Virus record (IMG/VR): IMGVR_UViG_3300045988_173544
Reading direction: 5' to 3' (one strand)
DNA: 64,000 bases
Source of the DNA: a virus
The notes beneath the pieces were generated by a model, which did not search any database, was not told the DNA's origin, and saw nothing but the letters and a program-made list of their open reading frames with translations. The translations under genes were made by a program, and so were the position numbers. Positions within the stretch are counted from its first letter, which is position 1, and each line of letters begins with the position of its first letter. Shown here one piece after another: positions 30,363 to 39,608 of this stretch.

Positions 30363-30675
30363 GGACCTCCAAATTTTCTTCGATTAATTCGTTTCTATAA
30401 TCATTTATTTCTTCAACAGCTTCATCAAAATCCTCAATAAGCTGTGAAACTATTATCTTGTATTCTCTTTGAGCTACTACTTCTTCATTATCCTCAAAGA
30501 ATACTCTAGCAAGTGTATCACTATGAGCGTCTTTGATGAGTATTTCACATTGTTTCGTAGCTTTGTTTTGGAGGAGTACTACGCCTGCGATAGAATTTTT
30601 ATCTATTACGCAGAACTGAAATTTTTCCGGTATATTAATTATTAAGAATTCTTCGTCCATTATATTCCCCACCAT
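30352..30675 (-). CDS. hypothetical acidic protein (107 aa)
   Basis: ORF. Confidence 0.5.
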   Translation of the reverse strand: MVGNIMDEEFLIINIPEKFQFCVIDKNSIAGVVLLQNKATKQCEILIKDAHSDTLARVFFEDNEEVVAQREYKIIVSQLIEDFDEAVEEINDYRNELIEENLEVLDG

Positions 30676-31235
30676 TCAGATGTATCAGAATTATGCTCCA
30701 AGGATTGATAAATACTATCCATTATCTTAAAGAACTTTCTTACATCTCCTTGAGTCCATGAAGATACAGAATTAACCCAGGATTTAGTGCTTTGAGAAGT
30801 TCTTCTAATATTTTCAGGAATTTCTGAAGAGCAAAGTAAATCATTTAATCTCTTCCATAGATTATCTAAAGATTTATTGTAGTCTATTTTACCGGAAGAC
30901 TGGCTGTATACATCTTCGAAAGTTACTTGTTTATAAGATGTTTCTTCTGGAGTATCATCCTCGATACATATTTCATTATTAGAAGTTTCATAGCTGTTAT
31001 CTGAGCAATCTTCTACAGCGATAGGTATATCACTTAAATACTCACTTAAAGAGAAATTTGGAAGGTCTGGAATTTCTGAATAAGATGAATTATTCCAATT
31101 TATTTTAGTATCCGTAACATCCATACGGTTTACTTTAAGTCTGCGTTCTAAGTTTTCTATAGCTCCTGCCATTGCTTGGACTCCTTTGATTGCATTATTT
31201 GCTGCTTCTGTTAATTCTGAAAATGCTTCGTTCAT
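30660..31235 (-). CDS. hypothetical protein (191 aa)
   Basis: ORF; promoter ~31265. Confidence 0.55.
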   Translation of the reverse strand: MNEAFSELTEAANNAIKGVQAMAGAIENLERRLKVNRMDVTDTKINWNNSSYSEIPDLPNFSLSEYLSDIPIAVEDCSDNSYETSNNEICIEDDTPEETSYKQVTFEDVYSQSSGKIDYNKSLDNLWKRLNDLLCSSEIPENIRRTSQSTKSWVNSVSSWTQGDVRKFFKIMDSIYQSLEHNSDTSEWWGI

Positions 31236-31340
31236 ACTGTTATTATATCATGTTTTAGTAATTTTGTCAACTTTTTCATAAAGTAATCCCCTCGAATTCG
31301 AGGGGATTAAGTTCACATTGATAGTATATGGAGTATAAAA

Positions 31341-32606
31341 TTACTTATCTTTAGAGTTTGTTAACTTAGAAAGAACTCCATCAACTAACTCTTCTCCAAC
31401 AGGAGTTGATTTGAGAGCTTCTAACAAACTACCTATATTTAAGCCATTCTGAGAGCTAAATACCCCAGCTGCTTTGTTAACGCCATCAGTAACATTTCCG
31501 GCATTTGCAAATATCTTAATATCTGCTTTACCAAGATTTCTAGCTTGCTCTTTACCAACTTCAGCGAGAGCTTCAACTTTCTTCTGATTGATAAGGAATT
31601 CTTGGTACTCTTTATTTTCACCAATTTTCTGAGCAAGTTCAATCTGACCGGCAACATTCGCAACTTCAAGAAGTTTCTTAGCTTCAGCGTCAGCTTTACC
31701 TTTAAGTTCAGTACCTTTAGCATTATTTGTAGCAACTTTCAATTCAGCGTCAGCGTTAAGTTCAACTTCCTGTTTAGAAGCTTCAGCATTAAGAATTTTA
31801 ACATTCTTATCAGCTGTAGCTTTAGCAACTGCGGCTTCAGCATTAACTTCAATAACGTTTTTCTCACCTTCAGCTTTAACAACATTAGCTTGTTTTTCAA
31901 TTTCAGCTGCATTAACTTCGTTAACTCTTTTAACTTCCATCTGTTTTTCAGCTGTTAACTTAGCCTGCTCTTGAACTTTCTGTTTAGCTTCTTCTTGAGC
32001 AATACCAATTTCCTGTTCTACCTTAGCTTGTCTTAAACCAACTTCTTGACGAGCTTCTTGTTGACGAAGTTTAATATCTTTTTCTGCTGAAATTTCAGCT
32101 TCATTAGCTTGTCTCATATTTAAAGCAACTGTAGTACGACTTTCCATCTCAATCTGAGATTTCTTCTTAGCCATGATGTTTTCAACAACCTCAGAACCCT
32201 TAGCGTCACTAACATTCATTAATTCAATGTTCTTAACAACACGTACGCCCCATTCTTTAAGCTGTTCTGAAACTTCGTCTGTAAATTGTCTACCGTATTT
32301 GCTTCTTTCGCACATGATTAATTCAATATCTTCTTTAGCGAGGATAGAACGTGCGGCACCCTGAACAATACCTAACAACTGTTTTACAAGTTCATCTTGA
32401 TTAGATATACGTTGAGCTGCTAATAACGGATTGTCTACTCTGAAAAATGCTTTAATATCTACTACAAAAGGTGTTTTATCCTTGTCATAAGCTTCGTAAG
32501 TAAACAGGTCAATATCAAAAATTTTAGTTGACATCTTAGTTACTGTAACACCTAAATAAGGGACCCATTGAGGAAACTGGTAATAAGTGTTCCCTGAGCT
32601 ATTCAC
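31341..32606 (-). CDS. SPFH/band-7 (flotillin-like) domain protein with Ala/Lys/Glu-rich coiled-coil C-terminus; an in-frame upstream TM-helix ORF (32661-32744) is cut off by TAG
   Basis: SPFH-type block FVVDIKAFFRVDNPLLAAQRI plus long AEKQ-repeat coiled coil; 28-codon MSILIIGGAVLFFCIVVILSLRR ORF with strong AAGGAGA RBS is in the same frame. Confidence 0.65.
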   Translation of the reverse strand: MNSSGNTYYQFPQWVPYLGVTVTKMSTKIFDIDLFTYEAYDKDKTPFVVDIKAFFRVDNPLLAAQRISNQDELVKQLLGIVQGAARSILAKEDIELIMCERSKYGRQFTDEVSEQLKEWGVRVVKNIELMNVSDAKGSEVVENIMAKKKSQIEMESRTTVALNMRQANEAEISAEKDIKLRQQEARQEVGLRQAKVEQEIGIAQEEAKQKVQEQAKLTAEKQMEVKRVNEVNAAEIEKQANVVKAEGEKNVIEVNAEAAVAKATADKNVKILNAEASKQEVELNADAELKVATNNAKGTELKGKADAEAKKLLEVANVAGQIELAQKIGENKEYQEFLINQKKVEALAEVGKEQARNLGKADIKIFANAGNVTDGVNKAAGVFSSQNGLNIGSLLEALKSTPVGEELVDGVLSKLTNSKDK

Positions 32607-32811
32607 AATCCCATCACCGTAACATTTGGTAGTTTTTCCGGTACGTACAATATGCGCCTAGTTTGTAGGTACAATGCGGCGTAATGAGAGTATTACTACT
32701 ATGCAGAAGAATAATACCGCTCCTCCAATAATAAGTATAGACATTTGTTTTCTCCTTCTTACTTGTCTACTTCCTAACAAGATTTATAATAGCATGAAGA
32801 TTAACATTTGT

Positions 32812-32841
32812 CAACTTTTTTCGTCAAGTTGACAAACAGCC
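32812..32841. promoter_or_regulatory. divergent promoter region: perfect 10-bp inverted repeat TTTGTCAACT...AGTTGACAAA carrying a TTGACA -35 box on each strand
   Basis: between the divergent SPFH (-) and AdoMetDC-like (+) genes. Confidence 0.55.
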
Positions 32842-32924
32842 AATATCATGTTATAGTTTGACATGCTCTTAACAACTACATTTTTATATCGAGAACAAGT
32901 TTAATATAAGGAGATTTATGAATA

Positions 32925-33455
32925 ATGGAACATTATGCAGGACGACACTTAATAATTGATGGCGTGTTCCGCCCCGATAAAAAAGAATTATTATCAGACC
33001 GTACAACTATATCACAATACTTAGAAGATGTGACCAAAATAACAGGGATGACTTTAGTATTTCCGCCGATAGCAATGTCTTTCCCTTTTGCTGGAGAAAC
33101 CGATAGACTTATAGAAAAACTTGAAGCAGAAGGTAAATGTGACGATAGCGCTGTTTTCCAAGAGTTTAAGAAACATATACACCAGCGCAATACTATTGGT
33201 GGAGGAGTTTCAGCTATAGCTGTATGGGTTGAAAGTCACTGCACAGTGCATTCTTGGACTGAGAAAAATTACGTAAGTATTGATTTATTCTCATGCTCCA
33301 GTTATGAATATGAGCCGGTTGTTGATTTTACAAACAAAATATTTGGCTTGGAGAAAGCAAGTTACGTTGTCGTAGACCGCATGATGGACGGTTCCGCACC
33401 ATTAATCCAACAATTCACTCTGGATGAACTTAATAAAATATCTTGTGCGGTATAA
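32925..33455 (+). CDS. pyruvoyl-dependent S-adenosylmethionine decarboxylase-like (SpeH/SpeD class 1) proenzyme
   Basis: GRHLIIDG N-terminus and VESH..HSWTE..IDLFSC self-processing/active-site pattern. Confidence 0.55.
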   Translation: MEHYAGRHLIIDGVFRPDKKELLSDRTTISQYLEDVTKITGMTLVFPPIAMSFPFAGETDRLIEKLEAEGKCDDSAVFQEFKKHIHQRNTIGGGVSAIAVWVESHCTVHSWTEKNYVSIDLFSCSSYEYEPVVDFTNKIFGLEKASYVVVDRMMDGSAPLIQQFTLDELNKISCAV

Positions 33456-34293
33456 CAATATTATCTTGAGTAATTTCAGTCCAAGAAGTTCCGTCCCAAG
33501 AATACATCTTATTCTTTAAAGTATCAAAGTACACCTTACCTACTTCTGGTGAGGTGACTTTTTTACTAGGAAGTCCACCAACATATATGTAATTTTTGTG
33601 GTTATATCTCCCCGTTGTGTTAACGTCTATAAAATTGTCATGGAGTCGTTTGTAGAACTCAAACTGTTTCTCATAAATAGTTCCGGTGTAACTTATCTTC
33701 TGGAAGTAAACACCATAATCGAAGGCGTACATAATACTATTGGTTTGGTCATAGTATTTAATAGTTTTATCCAATGTATCTATATCGTACTCGAAATCTG
33801 TATGAGGGTCCCCTGGGATATTCATCACCCTGTCAACTATATACCAATCTCTCTCATCACTCCAAGCGTATATATCAGCATATTCAGTGGTTCCGTCAAA
33901 ATACAATGCGTCAGGGTTGAACTCAATATGTGTGTTTACAACCATTGGAGGAAGACCATCTGTTTCTATGTATGTTCCATAAGGTACATACCAAGGGTCA
34001 TCCGTATCTTTTATATCATAGAAGTATAATTCCTGATGAGCTGTATCCCAATAATATTTAGTTCTGTCTATATCTTCGTATGGAACCGCAATCCCCGGCT
34101 CATCCGGTATGTATAAAATATCGTTCTGAGTTAAATCCTTATTATAAGTATTATCATAGGCAATAATGTGAGCCAATGTATCCTGCCATGGCTTCTCACA
34201 GTTAACATCAAGATTAATATACCCTGGAGTAATAGGTATGGCGTCTATATCATTGGTAGTAAAACTATTTATTTCGAATTCGTTATAGTTCAT
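33430..34293 (-). CDS. hypothetical Tyr/Asp-rich protein (287 aa)
   Basis: ORF. Confidence 0.5.
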   Translation of the reverse strand: MNYNEFEINSFTTNDIDAIPITPGYINLDVNCEKPWQDTLAHIIAYDNTYNKDLTQNDILYIPDEPGIAVPYEDIDRTKYYWDTAHQELYFYDIKDTDDPWYVPYGTYIETDGLPPMVVNTHIEFNPDALYFDGTTEYADIYAWSDERDWYIVDRVMNIPGDPHTDFEYDIDTLDKTIKYYDQTNSIMYAFDYGVYFQKISYTGTIYEKQFEFYKRLHDNFIDVNTTGRYNHKNYIYVGGLPSKKVTSPEVGKVYFDTLKNKMYSWDGTSWTEITQDNIVIPHKIFY

Positions 34294-34386
34294 TAGCCCT
34301 GCTTACTTATAGTACAACTACCTAAAAATATACTCAAGGCAAGAAACTGTCTTGAGTAACTAAACATCGGAAAGTATAAATATAAA

Positions 34387-34461
34387 TGGTTGCGGGGGAG
34401 GGAGTTGAACCCACTACTTCTGGGTTATGAGCCCAGTGTGCAACCGGTACACTTCCCCGCT
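34387..34461 (-). tRNA. tRNA-Met (CAT), initiator-like: GGG/CCC anticodon stem, CUCAUAA loop, mismatched 1:72, CCA encoded
   Basis: manual cloverleaf fold. Confidence 0.7.
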
Positions 34462-34466
34462 ATATA

Positions 34467-34811
34467 CTAATTTAAGAATTCTTTAAAATCATACGACTTG
34501 TACATTTTTCGTTTAGAAGGTCTTGTCGGAGCTTCGATAACTCGTAAATAGTTCTGCTGAACCTTATAACAATAAGATGAATAAAGTTTCGGATTATCGT
34601 TTTTAAAACGTGTTTGGTCAAAGTACGTTCTAGGTTGTGTAATGTGATGAACTCCGTAATTCCCTACGGTCACTACATCACCGGGTTTTATATGTTCTTT
34701 TAAACGCCCTTGCAGTTCTTCGATTTCCCTCTGTAAGATACGTTCCTGTTCTTTGAGGTTTACGTAATGTTGTATGTCAATCTCAAAAGCGGTGCGTTCT
34801 CTTTCGTCCAT
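34467..34811 (-). CDS. hypothetical protein (115 aa; start at MDERERT)
   Basis: ORF trimmed so it does not overlap tRNA-Ser. Confidence 0.5.
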   Translation of the reverse strand: MDERERTAFEIDIQHYVNLKEQERILQREIEELQGRLKEHIKPGDVVTVGNYGVHHITQPRTYFDQTRFKNDNPKLYSSYCYKVQQNYLRVIEAPTRPSKRKMYKSYDFKEFLN

Positions 34812-34822
34812 AATAACCTTCC

Positions 34823-34911
34823 TGGAGGAGAGCCTGAGAGTTGAACTCAAGACACATTGTGCCCGATGGGTTTAGCAAACCCTCCTAAGGACCGCCCTAG
34901 TGGTACTCTCC
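34823..34911 (-). tRNA. tRNA-Ser (GCT), class II, CCA encoded
   Basis: acceptor GGAGAGT/GCTCTCC, anticodon loop TTGCTAA, long variable arm, T-loop TTCAACT. Confidence 0.7.
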
Positions 34912-35227
34912 TTACAGAAAAGTATATCATAGTTTTTATAAAAAGTCAACTAACTTGGTAATATTTCCCTAGTTTCCTAGAGGTAGGTATTTACTGGGTT
35001 ACTTACGCTTGTCGAACTGCCCAACCTACGGTCCCATCGCTCTATGTGTTTTGTACAAGATTTTCACTTGGAGCCAACTGCATGCAGGGGTTCTTTTAAT
35101 TCACATACTACCGGCAATCGATAGAAGGGTATGACCTCCACGGGGTGACAAAATCCCGCTTTCTCATACTATGCAGACTATTACCAAGTCAGTTAACCAA
35201 TTCTTTAAATAGATTAGTTGACCTTAA

Positions 35228-35303
35228 TTGGAAGGTCGTGTGGGATTTGCACCCACGCATAATGGTTTTGCAGACCACCTCGTTAACTACTTCGACAACG
35301 ACC
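35228..35303 (-). tRNA. tRNA-Cys (GCA), U73 discriminator, CCA encoded, T-loop TGCAAAT (G55)
   Basis: perfect 7-bp acceptor AGGTCGT/ACGACCT; anticodon stem GTGGT/ACCAT. Confidence 0.65.
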
Positions 35304-35583
35304 TAAGAGTCTCAGCATATTCCCGATTTTCTTTTCTTAATCTCTCAATAGCTAACTTCTGTAATAACTCAGCTTGTTCTCGTCTTAGTTCTTGATATTC
35401 TTGACAAGTTGCTTTATCTGACGAAATACAAGTATAACTTGAGGTTGTACCCGAACCCGTCTTAAATAAGATGGGAACAATCATGATAAGTAGAAATATC
35501 AATGCTCCAATAGGGAGTAACCATATTAAATCTACGCAACTATAATTAGGTGATTTTGTTCCATCTTTATTATCAATACTCAT
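35287..35583 (-). CDS. hypothetical small membrane protein
   Basis: ORF; hydrophobic core. Confidence 0.45.
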   Translation of the reverse strand: MSIDNKDGTKSPNYSCVDLIWLLPIGALIFLLIMIVPILFKTGSGTTSSYTCISSDKATCQEYQELRREQAELLQKLAIERLRKENREYAETLRSLSK

Positions 35584-36134
35584 TGTACTACCTCCTTTAT
35601 ATCTCCCTTAAAATCACGAGTCCAATTTTCCCACGGAATGTGACCTTCGGGAATTCTTTGTTCGGGTAGGGAAGCTTCGTTTAATTTACCTAATACGTAT
35701 TTCTTGTTATGGTCAACAGCCCGACATTCACAATTCCCTTCGTATAATTCAAGGAATGATGTTATTTTTCCACATCTTGGGCAAGTGAATACTTCCCCTG
35801 TTACTGTTAATGCGCAGCACTCTAGTAAGAAATCATTTAAAGTTTCAGGATACTTAAATCCCTCGAAAGACACCACCCGCCCGTTTGATAACCTTCTAAG
35901 AATAGTTCCGTACTCGTATGATAAATAATCCTCTTTCGAAGGGCGTGTATAAAGTCCTAAATCATCCCTAGACTCCATAAGTTTCTTTTCCCAAGGAGTA
36001 TGAACTTTAGAAAAAATAGCGTCTATGAGGTTTCTCTCGGATTGATTAAATAGACTACGTCTTTGTTGTCTTAATGTAAATAACTTATGCTCTGTTAAGT
36101 CAATCCGAGGTTGATTTGGAACTTGAACTACCAT
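35580..36134 (-). CDS. hypothetical protein with CPRCG...CEC zinc motif
   Basis: ORF. Confidence 0.55.
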   Translation of the reverse strand: MVVQVPNQPRIDLTEHKLFTLRQQRRSLFNQSERNLIDAIFSKVHTPWEKKLMESRDDLGLYTRPSKEDYLSYEYGTILRRLSNGRVVSFEGFKYPETLNDFLLECCALTVTGEVFTCPRCGKITSFLELYEGNCECRAVDHNKKYVLGKLNEASLPEQRIPEGHIPWENWTRDFKGDIKEVVQ

Positions 36135-36143
36135 TACACCCTC

Positions 36144-36917
36144 CTATATGAAAGGTTTTGCTATAGCAGTTCGCACATTTTTAATGAAACTTTTAAAGAA
36201 CCCTTGTTTCCTCGGTTTCAAAACATACTTGCTTTTCTCATCTTCAATAAGATTATTGATATATGTTCGTACTTCCTCTTCTGTTGCTTGCGGGAGTGAT
36301 ACTTCTTTTGCTACATCATCTTTACCCATTTGACCAAGTTCTTGTACAAGTTTTGTCAGAGTTAAGTCGCAGAATTCATCTTCCCAGTCAGCGATGAAAT
36401 AAAATCTGTCGTGAATATTCCAGATATTATTAGTCTTTTCTTCAAAAGCTCCAAAAACTATAGGGTCTCGCTGTCTTTCTTCTACTGCAATCTGTCGTTC
36501 TGTTTCTCCAGTATAATCAGTAAATACAACATAGAACTGGTCGAAGATTTTTAAAGACTTAAGTTCAGAAATTTTTTGAACTACTTCATCTGGAATTATT
36601 CTAGGGTATTTAGATAATTCAATAATTTTAACAACTCTACCCTTAACATTGTTCAAGTAAAAAGTAATATCTTCAGATAGGACATAAGTTGAAATCCCGT
36701 GTTTAAGAAGTTCTCTTTCTTTGGTTATAACACCATAAGTGAATGCAAGTCTTTGTACAACTGCATTTTGACCTACTGCCATAGCCTTAGTTAACTCCTT
36801 CATAATAATATTCTTGAAGGAAGTAAGAAAATCGTCAGACATGTCTAACTTATGCTCTTTAACGAAGTTAAAATATTCTTGAGGGCTTAATTCCTGCTTA
36901 ATGTTCTCATTGTCCAT
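36144..36917 (-). CDS. hypothetical protein (257 aa)
   Basis: ORF; promoter ~36965. Confidence 0.55.
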   Translation of the reverse strand: MDNENIKQELSPQEYFNFVKEHKLDMSDDFLTSFKNIIMKELTKAMAVGQNAVVQRLAFTYGVITKERELLKHGISTYVLSEDITFYLNNVKGRVVKIIELSKYPRIIPDEVVQKISELKSLKIFDQFYVVFTDYTGETERQIAVEERQRDPIVFGAFEEKTNNIWNIHDRFYFIADWEDEFCDLTLTKLVQELGQMGKDDVAKEVSLPQATEEEVRTYINNLIEDEKSKYVLKPRKQGFFKSFIKNVRTAIAKPFI

Positions 36918-37066
36918 GCTTGTTCTCCTTTATGAGAGAATTATATCACAAGAAAGGCAATTTGTCAACTTTTATGTAATAATGGTCTGGATAGCCGGCT
37001 CCGCCCCGGCGACAGAGGTCCCCAAAGCCCCTATGTTACTAAGCTACACTATATCCAGATAATTAA

Positions 37067-37158
37067 TGGAGGAGAGAGTGGGATTTGAACCCACGGAGGC
37101 TTTTAGACCCCGACAGTTTTCAAGACTGCTCCAATAAGCCAGGCTCTGGCACCTCTCC
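37067..37158 (-). tRNA. tRNA-Ser (TGA), class II, CCA encoded
   Basis: manual fold. Confidence 0.75.
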
Positions 37159-37165
37159 ATAAAAA

Positions 37166-37239
37166 TTCCCCCGCTACGACTCGAACGTAGGAAATATCGG
37201 AACCAAAATCCGACGCCTTACCAGCTTGGCTACAGGGGA
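37166..37239 (-). tRNA. tRNA-Gln (TTG), U1:A72
   Basis: manual fold. Confidence 0.7.
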
Positions 37240-37248
37240 GTATAAAAA

Positions 37249-37320
37249 TACCCGGTGCTGGATTTGAACCAACGACCTCCACTTTGTAAGAGTGGCATTC
37301 TACCGCTGAATTAACCGGGC
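37249..37320 (-). tRNA. tRNA-Val (TAC)
   Basis: manual fold. Confidence 0.7.
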
Positions 37321-37325
37321 TTGAA

Positions 37326-37400
37326 TGGAGCGAGTAGAGGGAGTCGAACCCTCGCCGTCTGTTTGGAAGACAGAAATCATAACCGTTAGACCACACTCGC
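37326..37400 (-). tRNA. tRNA-Gly (TCC), CCA encoded
   Basis: manual fold; anticodon loop CTTCCAA. Confidence 0.75.
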
Positions 37401-37405
37401 AAAAT

Positions 37406-37479
37406 CACCCTCGGCAGGACTCAAACCTGCGACGTGAGACTTAGAAGGTCCCTGTTCTATTCATCTGAACTACGAGGGT
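37406..37479 (-). tRNA. tRNA-Arg (TCT), A1:U72
   Basis: manual fold. Confidence 0.65.
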
Positions 37480-37484
37480 TTATT

Positions 37485-37557
37485 AGCCCCCTAGAGGATT
37501 TGAACCCCTGACATCCACGTCCGTAGCGTGGTGTTCTTTCCGCTGAACTAAGGAGGC
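37485..37557 (-). tRNA. tRNA-Arg (ACG)
   Basis: manual fold. Confidence 0.7.
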
Positions 37558-37755
37558 TTAGTCTGAGTAATCCCTTAACTGTTCTAAAAGAACACGTTTA
37601 CCATCAGGTTTTATAAGTACGCAACCTTGAATAGGTTTGTAATTACAAGCATACCCCAGTGCGTCTGCCTTAGCATGGCATTCCCAATTACTCATAAATA
37701 CGCCAAGTCCTAAAACCAAGAGGACTGTTATTACAATCAAATTAAACTCTGCCAT
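37558..37755 (-). CDS. small membrane protein (65 aa)
   Basis: ORF with TM helix. Confidence 0.45.
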   Translation of the reverse strand: MAEFNLIVITVLLVLGLGVFMSNWECHAKADALGYACNYKPIQGCVLIKPDGKRVLLEQLRDYSD

Positions 37756-37763
37756 AATTTACC

Positions 37764-38057
37764 TCATTTATCTTCCTGAGGTGGAAATATCCAATCGTAC
37801 ACTGTATTAACTATTTTTAAAGGTAGAAATAAGAACCCTAAAATTAGTGCAAAAGGCTGCGCAAAATTTAAGAATTCTTCCGGACTCATTCCAGTGAGTA
37901 AATAAACTTCGTGGAATAAATCCTCGTTTTTCTCTACATATTCATCTATGTTGTTGAGCTTCCTTTTCAGAAGACACCAACAAATAATCCCTGAAATTAT
38001 GTAATAGTATAGAAAATACATTAACTGAGTTCCCACAGTAGATAATTCAATACCCAT
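37764..38057 (-). CDS. small membrane protein (97 aa, 2 TM)
   Basis: ORF; promoter ~38085. Confidence 0.5.
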   Translation of the reverse strand: MGIELSTVGTQLMYFLYYYIISGIICWCLLKRKLNNIDEYVEKNEDLFHEVYLLTGMSPEEFLNFAQPFALILGFLFLPLKIVNTVYDWIFPPQEDK

Positions 38058-38106
38058 AGCTCTATGTTAGCATATTTTTGAAGATTTGTCAACTTTTTAG
38101 AAATAA

Positions 38107-38182
38107 TGCCCAAGACTGGAGTCGAACCAGCAAATGTCGCAGGGTCTAAACCTACCGCCTTTACCAATTTGGCAACTCGGGC
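38107..38182 (-). tRNA. tRNA with anticodon TAG (decodes CUA, Leu) but a class-I-like 7-nt variable region
   Basis: manual fold; canonical acceptor, D and T arms. Confidence 0.55.
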
Positions 38183-38188
38183 TTTTAT

Positions 38189-38273
38189 TAGGCATGACTG
38201 GAGTCGAACCAGCATTGTTTCTAATGTGATGGATTTTAAGTCCATTGCGTTTCACCAATTTCGCCACATGCCC
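38189..38273 (-). tRNA. tRNA-Leu (TAA), class II
   Basis: manual fold; long variable arm. Confidence 0.75.
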
Positions 38274-38461
38274 TTAAATATCATACAATAGGATTACTTG
38301 AGTACCTATATCTCTCTTCCCAGGTATATGTGCTTACCTAGGGTAGTTTTAAGAGTGTTTTCTTCTGCCCATACTGAAATCTTACCAACTACAAATCTAT
38401 TTTCCAGTAGCAACGGATATTTATGCAGACAAGTTATTCGTTAAACTATGTATGATAATGG

Positions 38462-38534
38462 TGAGTGCAGAAAGGTTTGAACTTTCACCTTGTATCTTAA
38501 AAGGATACTGCTCTACCAATTGAGCTATACACTC
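38462..38534 (-). tRNA. tRNA-Lys (TTT)
   Basis: manual fold. Confidence 0.7.
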
Positions 38535-38541
38535 ATTTTAA

Positions 38542-38618
38542 TGGTGGCTCCGGTTAGATTTGAACTAACGACGCTAGCCTCTTCAGGGCTACGCTCTACC
38601 CGACTGAGCTACAGAGCC
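38542..38618 (-). tRNA. tRNA-Phe (GAA), CCA encoded
   Basis: manual fold. Confidence 0.75.
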
Positions 38619-38939
38619 TCATAGACAACTTTTACAAGCATTTCCACCGCCGTGTTTCACGCACTCCGCATACGCATTTTGTTTTAAAATATCTTTAAAA
38701 CGGTCATAATCTTTATAACAATCATTACGATTACTGTAATAAAGACGTGAAATATCAGTACCGTATAACCTAATAAACATAGGGTCAAAAACCCCGGAAT
38801 TACCGCAATAACAAGCTGCCCCAACAATATTAGAAGTTTTAACAACTGTTATACCATCGTCATGTGCTTCAAATATAGTACTTTGCGCTAATACAGGGAC
38901 TGTATATAAAAATAACATAAGTATTAAAAATTTCTTCAT
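38619..38939 (-). CDS. secreted Cys-rich protein with signal peptide (106 aa)
   Basis: ORF; MKKFLILMLFLYTVPVLA signal-like N-terminus. Confidence 0.5.
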   Translation of the reverse strand: MKKFLILMLFLYTVPVLAQSTIFEAHDDGITVVKTSNIVGAACYCGNSGVFDPMFIRLYGTDISRLYYSNRNDCYKDYDRFKDILKQNAYAECVKHGGGNACKSCL

Positions 38940-38959
38940 TATGTAATCCTCTTTAAATA

Positions 38960-39031
38960 CGCAGGTTGCATGAATTGAACATGCGACTCGTAGTTTTGGA
39001 GACTAGAATTTTACCGCTAAACTAAACCTGC
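38960..39031 (-). tRNA. tRNA-Trp (CCA), with a C:C mismatch at 27:43
   Basis: manual fold; perfect acceptor GCAGGTT/AACCTGC and T-stem GCATG/CATGC. Confidence 0.55.
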
Positions 39032-39270
39032 ATGTTATTCTTTAATCTAGGACACCAATCCGGTATCGGTAGTTCTTTGTAAGTTAAAGCAGACCTTAAA
39101 ATTGGGTATCCCCAGTTTGTCTTAACTCCAGACTCTTTGAACTTTTGTACTTCTTCCTTTGAATACTGTTTGTAGTAGCAACAATATTTTGGTCTCCCCT
39201 GGAGCATGCCATTGTGTCTGCAATATTCACAATCATTACAATCTGTAATCTCTATAATAATTTTGTTCAT
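39022..39270 (-). CDS. Cys-rich small protein (start MNKIII)
   Basis: ORF trimmed to internal Met. Confidence 0.4.
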   Translation of the reverse strand: MNKIIIEITDCNDCEYCRHNGMLQGRPKYCCYYKQYSKEEVQKFKESGVKTNWGYPILRSALTYKELPIPDWCPRLKNNMQV

Positions 39271-39285
39271 TGTCTTCCTTGTCCT

Positions 39286-39362
39286 TGGGGTGACGGGAGG
39301 GGTTTGAACCCTCAACCGCCGGAACCACAATCCGGAGCTCTAGCCAATTGAGCTACCGCCAC
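39286..39362 (-). tRNA. tRNA-His (GTG), C73, CCA encoded, no G-1 encoded
   Basis: manual fold. Confidence 0.7.
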
Positions 39363-39394
39363 AGCTTTTATATAACCTTAGTGTAAATCCACAT

Positions 39395-39553
39395 CAGGTT
39401 ATGCGTTGTGTCCTTTAACTTCCTTAGGTTCAAAACTTCTTAACCAATATAAGTCCCCATCAGTAGGGATTTTCTCAGGCATTCCAAGTTCAATACCTAA
39501 AACTTTTTCCGGTTTCTCAGATATTTGGTCTTCTATAATAACTGTATTTGTCA
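39395..39553 (-). CDS. tiny ORF (~52 aa) with its own consensus promoter at ~39575-39605
   Basis: below the ORF-track size cutoff; promoter TTGACA-17-TATAAT. Confidence 0.35.
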
Positions 39554-39608
39554 TATACTTCATTACCCTGTAATTAATTATAACATATTATTATATATTT
39601 GTCAACTT

